Part shown: positions 24,245-34,743 of the stretch, one piece after another | How positions within the stretch are numbered: the stretch's first letter is position 1 | Layout of the letters: each line of letters opens with the position of its first letter | Source: Massalongia carnosa | Lineage: Eukaryota | Assembly: GCA_965645245.1 (NCBI GenBank) | Contig: OZ287076.1 | Location: forward strand, 1,488,001 to 1,552,000 | Reading direction: 5' to 3' | DNA: 64,000 bases | Program-made: the position numbers and the translations under genes | Notes under the pieces: generated by a model | What the model saw: only the letters and a program-made list of their open reading frames with translations | Databases searched by the model: none | Told to the model about the DNA's origin: nothing

Positions 24245-27025
24245 AAAGACAAGTGCCAAGACTCAAACGACGCCGACCACTTGCGGAAATTGATGAAAAT
24301 TGCACCAAAAGACGACGTGCAAGTCAGACCAGATGGCGATGTAAGAGCTGTGGACCATGTTGCAAAAAGGAGGCATGTTGGGAAATTTTACATAGATCAT
24401 GAGGGGTGATTGAGGTGTTGTACCCATTATCGTTGAAAAGGGAAAATCTGATTGGCCAGATTAAGTTATTAGTCATTACCCGGAGACGGCGCGTGTAAAA
24501 TTAAATATTACCTAAATGGCTGCCAAATTGCCAGACGAAGGGATAGATCGCAATAGTCATATACCTATTAACATATATCGACTCATACTGTACTGTTAAG
24601 TTAGTCTAGGTTTCCTTCATTCTCATTTTCACCCTTGTGCAATCTTTGATAGTCGGATAACCACTCAAAAGCTCTTCTCGCAGCTCCTTAAGGCTACTAT
24701 AAGGATATCGTTCATGAACAATCCGGTTCCTGCATAAGCCAATTCCTTAAGAAATTTATGGAATCAACTACCTGAATCATTCTTGGCGAAAACCCGTGAT
24801 CACTCCCTTCCTCGTCTTACTTTTGTCGCTATCTTCATTTTTCATATCAAGACTTGAGAACTGCTGTGTAATTGCAAGAATACAAGTTCGTTCATCAGAT
24901 AACTTGAAGGGCAGTTGAACATTGAGTTTAAACTATTCATAAAAGGTTTCCTATATACACTTTACGTTGGATTCCCCCTTCTTACCTGTGGGAAAACATG
25001 AAGGTCAAGGCTTTATAGATCAACAATGAAGCCATAATAACAGTTAAAGAATTGTCAACACATTTTTTTAGAGATATACGGTATAGTACACGATTACGCT
25101 CTTAAAAATAGGAAGGTAACGTCTTAGTCTTTTGGTACTTTCATAATATTACTCAATGGTTTCTCACGGGGTTTCCTTTGTACATTATGTTGATTGAATT
25201 AGTAGCATAATGTTGCTACCTGCTATCTGTCGATTCGGCATCCAGTCTAGTCTCTGGTGAGATGCCGATCAGCTTGCATCGCAACTAGTAGAAATTCGAG
25301 AATGCTTTCTACTCTGCTGAGAGACTCAGATACATTTGTTTAGAAATTTTAGTCTTATTGGTCATTTATGAGTTTGCTCAAGTTTATTTTTTTTAAAAGG
25401 GCATTGGTTTCTTCAGTGATAATGATGGGGACCACTATTGGACTCGCATTTTACCTCAAGCATTTTCATCCGACAGAAAATTGTTACAGCTGCATATTTG
25501 CCTCTCCGTCGCCTGTAGCTTCCTGGGCTGTATTTCAAGATCCTCTTCGGTGTGTATTCCCATAGCATAGATTATTAAGGAACATTAGTTTTCGTACAAA
25601 GTATGTTCGCCTCATCCTTAATAAAGGGTGTCTTCAGACTGTGTCTGATTGTCTCACTTCATATATCTTTGATTGACTGCTCCGTGATGTATTAGTCGTG
25701 CGCTCAAAGGAACCCGAAGGTAAAATCCCAATAAAACATAGCCTAATAGAGCAGCTTGGAAACACACCATTACGGCTTAGCCGACTCGCCATCGTCCCAG
25801 ATTTAAGGATTTGATGATAAGGTGATTGTACCAGGACCCCTTCCTCTAGCAGGTGCAATTGCTTGCTCGCAAGCACATAGGGACTTAATCCATCAGTCAT
25901 CGTTGAGACCTGGATTCTGTGAAAGCATCTGGTAGAAACTACAGCCAGTTTATGAAGACGCGCTGGAAAAGCGGTTCTTACAGACAAAGTATGTGGGGGC
26001 TGAAGGCAAATTTTTGGATACATATGTTGGAACAAAGTCATCAAGAACGGGAAACGGTTTGGTGACTTTGCAGGCAAAAGCAATGAAGTTTGAATCCGCA
26101 TCTCTCATGTTCTAGTCATGAGATAACTATTGCATTTCGAGTATCATCTGAAGGACTCCCCTTACCCCCTTTTTACGAGGGGTAGGGATCACATGATTAA
26201 GCATTTCCACGCTGATCATGTGTGCATGTATACAAGGCCAGCCGACATCGTCAAACGAAGGGTCTGTCGCAGTTGACGCTTTTTGCTTGGGTTCGTCGAG
26301 ACGAGTAGGATGTGGTATTCTTTCGCATGAGTGGTTTCTCTTCTGGATGCATGCAGTGGATTACAAGCGGTTTTGATCAAAGGAAGTATTGCATATCTGA
26401 AGTTGCTGATACCAGGGGAACTACTTTCCTGGTGGTGATGGGAGAGCTACGATTAAGCTCTTATCGGTGTTTCTGTCTTTCCTTCCCAAGCAGGAGCGGA
26501 GAAAGGAAGTCTGGGCGTGTGGCTTGCAAGCCCTTCGTTTTGTGATTGGGAGACTGGATGCGAACGAGGAATGTGGTACTCTGGAAAGCGGAAGGAGAAA
26601 AGGGGACGAATGATTGGATACAACAAGCCAACTCGTGCCGTCCATAGTGCAACGCTCTAACCATATCGGGACTGATCCCCCCTGTGCCTCCCTGAACCTT
26701 CTCTTCTCGGCATAGCGTGCATCATACATGGTTGTACTGCCGTCATCTTCGCTTTTTGCTCTCCGTTTTTTCCTGACCTTAACAAATCCCATCCATTTAT
26801 TTCTCAGACTTATCAAGCTCGTAATCGGCTCCGTGTGCACGTGTGAGCATGAATCTGAATCCTTCGAACACCCATCATCCACAATGATCTCGCTGCTTTG
26901 ATGTTTGGCTGTACTCGTAACTTCTCATGTTTCGACCGAAGTGCGTTGAAAGGATTCCAGAGACTGCCGCCTGAGCGTGCCCCTTGGACTGAAAGGAAGC
27001 ATCGTTGGAAAAAGCTCGGACGGTG

Positions 27026-29069
27026 ATGGCGGCCGTGATTACAGCACCTGGGTTGCCGCTCTCGCACTCGCATCCAGACCTCGAACTCCTCAGTACCCTC
27101 CCAGATCCTCGAAGCGCTCATTCATCGCCGGATATCTCGAGAAGCAACTCAGCGACTGTGTGTCATCCAGATCTAAGCAGCGAGGTCGCCGCCCTGAGCA
27201 ACAAGCTGATCAACGCCATCAATCATCAAACAACTCTGGATGATACGCTGTCAGCAACCCGACATGAGCTCGCCGCCTCCCAGGATAGGGTCCGCCAGTT
27301 AGAAGCGGCTCTGCAGGAACAAAGGAACCTAGTAACCAATGGGGTGTTGGTCAGGAGCACCGATGTAGAGGACAAAACTGTGAAACTCATGGCGAACCTA
27401 GCCGATGAGAAGAAGCAGAGAGGGGTGGTAGAGAAGGATAAAAGAGGTATTGAGCTAGAGCTGGAAACACTGACAACAGCACTGTTCGAGGAAGCAAACG
27501 AGGTATGTCTCAAAGCAGTTTCTATACGGCACCCAACTGATATCGCTCCAGATGGTTGCAGCGGCACGGCAAGATCGCGAATGTGCAGAGAGGCGGAGTG
27601 AGCAGCTACGAGCTCAGCTCAACGACACCGAAACACTTCTCGTATCACACCAAGAGCAACTGGCTGAGCTGAAACTTGTAATGCAGCAAATGTCATCGGA
27701 ACGAGATGATACAGAGCTTCACACCAACGCCTCGACAGCTCCATCGACTCCTGGTTTGCAGACCCGGGAATCCATGAGCAAGATCTTCGATGCGTTTCAC
27801 CAGGCTTCCAGCACGTCGGGCGGTGAGGATGTGTTACCGGCCCCGCCCACCAGCTTTACCCATCTTCTACATCCAGTCTTGCGGACCGATCTTCATTTTT
27901 ATGATGATTTTCACTCGCTGCTCCAGATGTCCCGCAAGTCGTCGCCGCAAAGTCGCGTGACAAGCGCTTCTTACGGGGGCTTGAATGTGGTGGGCCTTGG
28001 AAACGCGGCAAACCGCGAGGTTTCTCTCTTCGGTGGCCACCACCTGTCGAACGGCTCTACGTCTTCTTTAGCAACAAGCTCCTACCAATCCTCTCCCGTT
28101 GCTCCGGCCGCCCCAGTATCTACAAACTCTAGTGTTTCGTCCAAGGACGTTCCTCTCAGCAACTGCGCCTTGAAGGATACGCGTTTCTACAAGCGCGTGT
28201 TAACGGAGGATATTGAGCCAACCCTACGGCTTGATACCGCCCCAGGATTGTCATGGCTTGTCCGAAGAACCGTGATCAATAGCATTTGTGAAGGAACCCT
28301 GATCGTTGAGCCTTCACCACTCGCTGCCAGGCACTTTATCTTCGCGTGCTCTCTTTGTGGCGAAAATAGATCTGGCGATGAATTCACACGGACGCATCGT
28401 TTTCGAACAAGCGAGAACGAAAATGCCCAGAAATATCCTTTATGCGTTTACTGCCACAAGCGAGTCCGAGCTTCATGCGACTTCCTTGGCTTTTTAAGGA
28501 TGGTCAAGGATGGACACTGGAGGACCGACGGGGTCGAGGCTGAGGCGTTGGCCTGGGAGGAGTGTGTAAAGCTAAGAGAGGCTATGTTTTGGTCAAGGAT
28601 CGGCGGAGGTGTGATTCCAAGTTTTGTGCGGACTCGAGAATCACCGCGGACTTCTGTCGAAGACAAGGACCGTCTAGACTCCTCCGAGCTGGTCCACGTT
28701 GTTGATAGCCCCTCTTTAGCTGCGCCAGAAAATCCCAGCCGCTCGGAAGTGCCTCGGGAGAGTATTGATCTCTTTGGCTCCAACGAGAAGCGAGTCTCCA
28801 TTGGGAAGACACGACCTTTGCGACGGAGCAGTCGCCCGGAAGTCAACGATTCCTGGGAGACGTTTAAAGCGGATCCCATTTTTGAGGACAACAAGCCTGG
28901 CGCTACTAACTGTGAAGATGCAGTAGCAGCAAAGCAGCTTCGCGAAAACTTACTGAAGGCTCAGGAGGAGGAAGAAGCCCGCACTCCAGCTTTGGAGCAC
29001 CCATTAACGGCCCCCAACCACGCAGAACAAAAACCAGCTAATACCATTCCCGGCGCCTTTGACTTCTAG
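27026..29069 (+). CDS. SEC2: Rab GDP/GTP exchange factor Sec2 (intron 27503-27551; upstream exon possible)
   Basis: Coiled coil ELELETLTTALFEEANE|MVAAAR, FYKRVLTEDIEPTLRLDTAPGLSWL, a CSLC..CVYC zinc-like region, and MFWSRIGG. Confidence 0.92.
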
Positions 29070-29394
29070 GATACCTTCAAAAGCTCCGTTTGATTTCTAT
29101 CCCCATCAGTCGCACCAAGGCCACCCCAATTTCTTTGACCGGACGAAGACCTATCGAGAGCGCCGTTTCTCTCCCTCCACTCGCTTTCTTTTGTTCACTT
29201 CGTTGGATGGCTTTCTTTTGCGAACGCTGCCTAATCACATGTACATAATCCTTTCCTTTCCTTGTCATGTTTTGCAACGCCCTAGCCGGGGACGATCGAG
29301 CCAACGTAAGTAAATCATGAGAGAAGGGGGAGAAAAAGTGAGATAACCGAGCGAGACGAATTGATCATGCCGAGACGAGGCGCCCATGAATGTG

Positions 29395-29917
29395 CGTGAG
29401 AGAGAGAGAAGGGGAGGTGAGAGAGAAATATTGTGTAATTATAATTCAATAACATACATCCTAGCAACAGCCAAAAACGTAAACCCCATCACACCTATTT
29501 TCTCTCTCTCTCTCTCTCTCTCTCACTCACTCACACACACACACACATCTAATCTAATCTAGTCCAAATCGCAAAGCTTCCATTTCCCAACCCAATCAGA
29601 TAGATAGAGATTCATCCAGTATACGTAGCAATTATACAGAGTATCTACTACGTCCTTCCCTCACTACATAACGTAATTACACAATGTCACTAAGGTTTCG
29701 ATCCATCGAGCGAGCAAGCATACGAATCATTCAGGTCTCCTCCATCCACTATTGGGGGGGGCCGGAAAATCGGAAAAGCATAAAGTCCCTAGGTATGTAG
29801 GTAGGTATCTTTCATATACGTACGTATGTACGTATGTATATATATAGTAAGTAGTACAGAGTGAGTAGATGGATAAAACGGATCAAAAGGTTCCAAGTTC
29901 CCGGTACTACTACTACT

Positions 29918-29978
<61 letters not shown>

Positions 29979-30095
29979 CCCCTTTCTTTTCGTTCTCTTT
30001 TTTCTCTATTCTCTGGAGATAGAGAGAGAGAGGGAGGGAAGGGGGGGAGATATAGAAATTGTATGGGTATGTATGTATATATATATAGATAGATA
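29395..30095. repeat. Microsatellite cluster: (GA)n, (TC)n, (CA)n, (TAC)4, (CAT)19, (TA)n
   Basis: Read directly; the (CAT)19 run is at 29920-29976. Lies between the convergent SEC2 and PRP21 3' ends. Confidence 0.95.
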
Positions 30096-30407
30096 AACAA
30101 AATAGGGGATATGCTCTAGCAATCTAGAGAAATAAATGAATAGATGAGCGTAAACGAGCGTAAATGAAACAAGCGAGCAGGAGATGACCGGGAGGGGGGA
30201 GAACAGAAGCCGGGGGCGATGGATTTACCGTTTATCTCGATTAATTGATTGATTATGCATATGTAAGAGGGAGGTGCTCTCGTCTCCCTATCAAGTTCAC
30301 CCCCCCCCCCCTCTCCTTAAAAACGGATAATCATGCCAAGAGCCAATTCCGCCAGTCATTGATAGATACATGGACAGACTCTGAGAAAGGAGGAAAAGGA
30401 TCAAGGA

Positions 30408-32051
30408 TCAAGACTTGAATTTCTGATGAATCTGGCGGATCTGCTCCTCGATGTTCATGCCCTGCATGCGCTCCATGTCCTTGCCCTTCTCTAGCTGCCC
30501 GTCGTAGCTCGTCGCGGCCTTCTTCCGGCGCGCGGCCTCCTCCTCGCTGATGATGGGCTGGCCCGTCACGCCGTCGAAGACGTCGCTGCGCTGTGAGCGT
30601 AGGCGCTTGAGGTTGGCGGCCACGTCGCTGGTCGAGAGGTTGGTGGTGGATTGACGGAGGTCGGATTTCAGCCGTTGCTCTTTCCAGCGGGGGTCGAGCA
30701 GTTCAACTACGAATGAGGGGGGATGGTTAGCTAGGATGCATTGGGGACAAGCGGTGAACGTACTTCTCATATGCTGGTCCAACTCATCAAAGGGAATCTG
30801 CTGCTTGCAGTTCGGACACAACGCCATGGCCACGTTCTGTCTCTTGGCTTGCGCGCGAGGGACGTAGTCGTTTCGAATGCGCATGGGTTGACCCGCGCCG
30901 CCTTTGGCCGCCGCCTGCGCCGCTTGAGCGCGATCCCGAGCTTCGGTGCGCTCGGCAATAGCGCGCTCCTCGTCGTCTTGCTGAACGGATGTGGACGGCA
31001 GCGTAGGCTGGAAGTCCATGACTTGAGGGGTTGCGTAGGAGTGGAAGGATGGTAGCGGGACGCCAGGGGGTGGTGCCATTGAATACGATTGCTGTTGATT
31101 ATAAAACAGGCTATAGTCTTCGTCGGTGGGCATCGCTTCCTCGATGCGCCGGTCATGGGGTTGAAGCGACATTGCCGCTTTCTGCTCCAAAGAGGCTGAT
31201 TGTAGATCGTTTAGGGAGGTGGGAGGAGGTAGATCTGCCTGGTCGTCGGCTTCTTCAAAGAGCACCGTTTCCACCACCACGAAGTCATGCCAATCGATCT
31301 GCGCATACTCGAGTTTCTCCTTCTCTGCTTCCTCCTCCTTTTTCTGTTTTTGCTGCTCTTGAAACTTGAGCCATTCGGCTCGTTGTTTGGCTCGCCCCAG
31401 GATGTTGAATCGATCCTTGGCATTGTTCTCCAGATCTTGCATCCGGGCTCTTTGTGCTTTTGCTCCGTCGGCGCTGGCTGACTGCAGTAAGACTGTGTAC
31501 TGGTCCACCAGTCGGCTGAAAAACTGATAAAGACTGTGCTGCGGCCGAAGGAAATCGAATTGGTAATTCCGCGTTTCCTTCTGCGACAATGTAGTCATAA
31601 AAGACCTTCCATTCTTGGCGACGAAGAGCGCGGTGAGCTTGACGACTTCAAGGTCTTGAGCGCTGATGTTGGGCATTCGAGCCGAGAAGTAGAAATCCGG
31701 TGGTGCGGCCGGACCTTGTGGTTTCTTAGGCTCAGGCACCACAGCTGCTTCGCCCACCCTGCCAGCTGACACGGCAGTACCTCTTCCCTCTCTGACTTCA
31801 TCAAGCCTCCATGCGTAGAAGGCGCTGTAGGCATCATTGGGGCTTAGAAAAGAAAATTTCGGGTTGTGTTTTTCCTTTTCCCTGATGCGATCTTCAAAGA
31901 CGATTCCATTGCGCGCCACATAACCGGCGGTCTTCTCTACAATCGCTCGAATATCCCTGGGAGGTAGAACGACGCCGGCTGGTGGCTTGCTCACTTCATC
32001 GGGTAGTATCGTAGTGACAGGACTATCAATGTTGGTTGCTGACGGAGGCAT
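30408..32051 (-). CDS. PRP21: U2 snRNP splicing factor SF3a subunit 1 (Prp21/SF3A1), one in-frame intron ~30708-30764
   Basis: Two SURP domains (IVEKTAGYVARNG..FSFL; VVKLTALFVAKNG..FDFLRPQHS), YAQIDWHDFVVVET, and CPNCKQQIP..HMR|VELLDPRWKEQR. Confidence 0.95.
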   Translation of the reverse strand: MPPSATNIDSPVTTILPDEVSKPPAGVVLPPRDIRAIVEKTAGYVARNGIVFEDRIREKEKHNPKFSFLSPNDAYSAFYAWRLDEVREGRGTAVSAGRVGEAAVVPEPKKPQGPAAPPDFYFSARMPNISAQDLEVVKLTALFVAKNGRSFMTTLSQKETRNYQFDFLRPQHSLYQFFSRLVDQYTVLLQSASADGAKAQRARMQDLENNAKDRFNILGRAKQRAEWLKFQEQQKQKKEEEAEKEKLEYAQIDWHDFVVVETVLFEEADDQADLPPPTSLNDLQSASLEQKAAMSLQPHDRRIEEAMPTDEDYSLFYNQQQSYSMAPPPGVPLPSFHSYATPQVMDFQPTLPSTSVQQDDEERAIAERTEARDRAQAAQAAAKGGAGQPMRIRNDYVPRAQAKRQNVAMALCPNCKQQIPFDELDQHMRSTFTACPQCILANHPPSFVVELLDPRWKEQRLKSDLRQSTTNLSTSDVAANLKRLRSQRSDVFDGVTGQPIISEEEAARRKKAATSYDGQLEKGKDMERMQGMNIEEQIRQIHQKFKS

Positions 32052-32442
32052 CCTGGACGAGACGCCTGGAGAAAATGGGTGATTACCTGTGTTTTGTGTC
32101 TTTCAGGTCACCTCCACATGCTGATCGGGCGTTGAATTTTTCTATTCTGTTTCGGTTCTACTGTGTAACGAATGCAAATAAAGATTGTCCAAGTTGGTTT
32201 GACAGAGACTTATTTTCCCTTCGATGCCGTCTTGAATACAGAGTATACCCTGCAAAGTAGATACCTTGTTGCTTTCTCTCATTGGGCGTACAGAGTATGG
32301 TGCAGGCAGTTGGCAGGCTCTCGATACGTCGGATACGTATGTACTAGGTGTGATTACATGTATAATGTATCGAGGATAAAGACCGCGAAGTTATAATACT
32401 TACTTTTACTATTTTTGGTACGCGGAGTACTCGTACGGAGTA

Positions 32443-34354
32443 ATCGTGCTAAACCACTTTCGGAATAGAAGGGCATCCCTTACTCAATGACGCATTGGGC
32501 TCAATGTCGTTTTTTTCACCATCTACCCACCATCTTTGACACGTAAACACCCCACACCATGCCTTCTGATTCTTATTATAAACTCGAAAATCGTATTGAA
32601 GAGGCCATTAACGCGCTTCATAATGGTTGGTATAAGAATTGCACCAAGGCTGCGCGTGCATACGACGTGCCCATTCGTCAACTTCAAAGACGATGGAATG
32701 AGTCCAATTCCAAAAGCACCCGCCCCAGCACCAACAAAGCTCTTACGGAGGAGCAAGAGGAGGCAATTCGCGAGTATATTGATCGATGTGACCGGTTCAA
32801 TATGTGCGCTAGGCCAAAGATGATTGTGGGGGCGGCGAATTATTTGATTCGTACAGAGGATCGAAAGGTGGGGCATCAGTGGTTCAATCGATTTCTTGAA
32901 CGAAATCCACAGTACAACAAGCGCAAACAAAAGCCCCTGGCGACAGACCGAAAAAACAGTCACAGTCTCACAGATATGCGGGATTATTTCCATAAATTGA
33001 AGGCTGCTATTGAGAACAAGGGCATTACCGACGTGGACGTTTGGAACGTGGATGAAACAGGCTTTCGCATTGGCTGTGGGCGGGCTCAAATGGTGATTAC
33101 CATGGACCCGAAAAAGCCTTTGCGAATGACGGACCCGGACAATCGTGATTATATCACGACGGTGGAGTGTATAAGTTCTGGAGGGGAGGTGATTCCCCCT
33201 TTGATCATCATTTCAGGGGTGCAGATTTTGCATAAATGGTGTCAGGAAAATGATCTACATGATGACATTCTCATTGGCACCAGCGACAGTGGTTATTCAA
33301 ATGATGATTTAGCTATGGACTGGTTGAATCACTTCATCGAGCATACGAGTAGCAAAAGGCAAGGTGCATGGCTACTTTTAATCATTGACGGTTTTGGATC
33401 GCATATGACCATCCCATTTTTTGAACTAGCCACTGCCAACAACATTGTTTTGTTTCGATTACCAGCTCATTCCACTCACCTCACCCAGCCATTGGACGTA
33501 GGTGTTTTTCAACCGTTCAAACACTATCACACCGAGGCAATAGATCGGGCTGTCCGGTTGGGGGACTGTCAGTTTGGTAAGCTGGAATTTCTCGCTGCAT
33601 TTCAGGGCTTCCGAAATGAAACGTTCAAACCATCCACCATCCGTCATGCGTTCAAATCAACCGGAATCGTACCGTTTGACCCAAACGTTGTCCTGGACAA
33701 AATTCGAGAATAGGAGGCACGATTGAGGGAGTCAGTCATTCGAACTCCCTCCCCCCCCCCCGCTTCCATTGAATCAACGCACACCCCATGGGCCCGAATC
33801 GGTTGTTCGGTACGGTCAAAAGCTTCAGTGAGCCATTGCCAAAGCGGGACCCAATGATAAACTGGAGGTTCAACAGGTTGAACGGTTCGTTCGCGGTTCG
33901 GTGGCATCCGCTCATGCTCTGGATTTGACCACTCGAGACCTTCATGCCATGCAGGAAGCAGCTTCATCACGTCAGAAACGAGCCGTTCTTGGTGGACAGG
34001 TGGCCTCTCAGGGTGGAATCATCAAGGTAAGTCAGTGTAGGGAGCTTTGTTCAAAAAGAAAGCAGAAGGAGGAGGAAAAGGCGAAACGGAAGAAGGCTAG
34101 GGAGGAGAAAGCGGCTGAGAAAAAAAAGATTCTCAGCTGAATCAAATAGCCTTTCTCATCAACGACACACCTTTGGTAGATTAGTCAATTCCCTACGTAT
34201 CAAAATTGAAACATTCACAATCGGGGTTGTTTTGATGATGTGGTGAATTGTTTGGTGGGTAGATGATGAAAAAAACGACCTTGAGCCCAATGCGTCATTG
34301 AGATGGTAAGCACTAAGGGAATGCCCTTCCATTCCGAAAGTGGTTTAGCACGAT
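32443..34354 (+). mobile_element. pogo/Fot1-type Tc1/mariner DNA transposon (1912 bp) with TA TSD and ~90-100-bp imperfect TIRs
   Basis: TA|ATCGTGCTAAACCACTTTCGGAAT...ATTCCGAAAGTGGTTTAGCACGAT|TA. The left TIR lacks 11 bp present in the right TIR. Confidence 0.93.
32559..34140 (+). pseudogene. pogo/Fot1 DDE transposase, truncated by TAG at 33711, a poly-C frameshift and TGA at ~33829
   Basis: HTH/CENP-B-like N-terminus, WNVDETGF, LIIDGFGSH and QPLDVGVF. The basic C-terminal tail lies in a downstream frame. Confidence 0.9.
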
Positions 34355-34743
34355 TACGGAGTACAGAGTAAGGGTATCGTAAATATAAGCTCGAAACTAA
34401 AATATCTTTATATTCGGTACTTCTTACTTTGTAATATGTAATATATATAAGAAAAGTTACCGCTAGTTAGTTAACATCCTCAAATGACATTTCAGCCCCG
34501 TATGAATTATTTTCGGAAAGGGGAAGTAAGGAGAACGAACTGGCCTGTAAATCTACCACATATCACGAAATCGATGCTTTTCCAACTCTCTTTGAAAATT
34601 CGACGAAACTAATGTCCTTGCGGTCGTAACAAAAGTAATGACCTACTCCTAACTGGCAGTTTCACCACGCTCCTTTCAAGAACATTTTTACCTATTTCTC
34701 CCTACCAATCGAACAACTAAAGTCAACAGTCAAATCGCTCGCC

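Larger units (their letters stand above)
21728..24402 (+). pseudogene. piggyBac transposase interrupted by three solo LTRs, one intron (22872-22917) and one in-frame TAG (23709-23711)
   Basis: VSVDE, IFLDNFFT, MGGSD and a C-terminal Cys-rich domain (CLAC..CKSCGPCCKKEACW..H). Removing the inserts restores a 1797-nt frame. Confidence 0.9.
21570..24542 (+). mobile_element. Full-length piggyBac-family DNA transposon (copy B) with 26-bp perfect TIRs
   Basis: TIR CCCTTCGTCTGGCAATTTGGCAGCCA (21570-21595) and its reverse complement (24517-24542) enclose the transposase. Flanks are CTAT and ATAG. Confidence 0.92.

Noticed and set aside
25368..26882. ORFs of 155 aa and 153 aa and several hairpins (e.g. 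TCGGCATC..GATGCCGA ~25234-25268; CACATGAT..ATCATGTG ~26190-26222) upstream of SEC2
   Set aside because: No recognisable domains or splice structure. The hairpins are short and lack convincing snoRNA box spacing.
29789..30100. Poly-Asp and poly-His ORFs
   Set aside because: They are translations of the (CAT)19 microsatellite, with no other coding signal.
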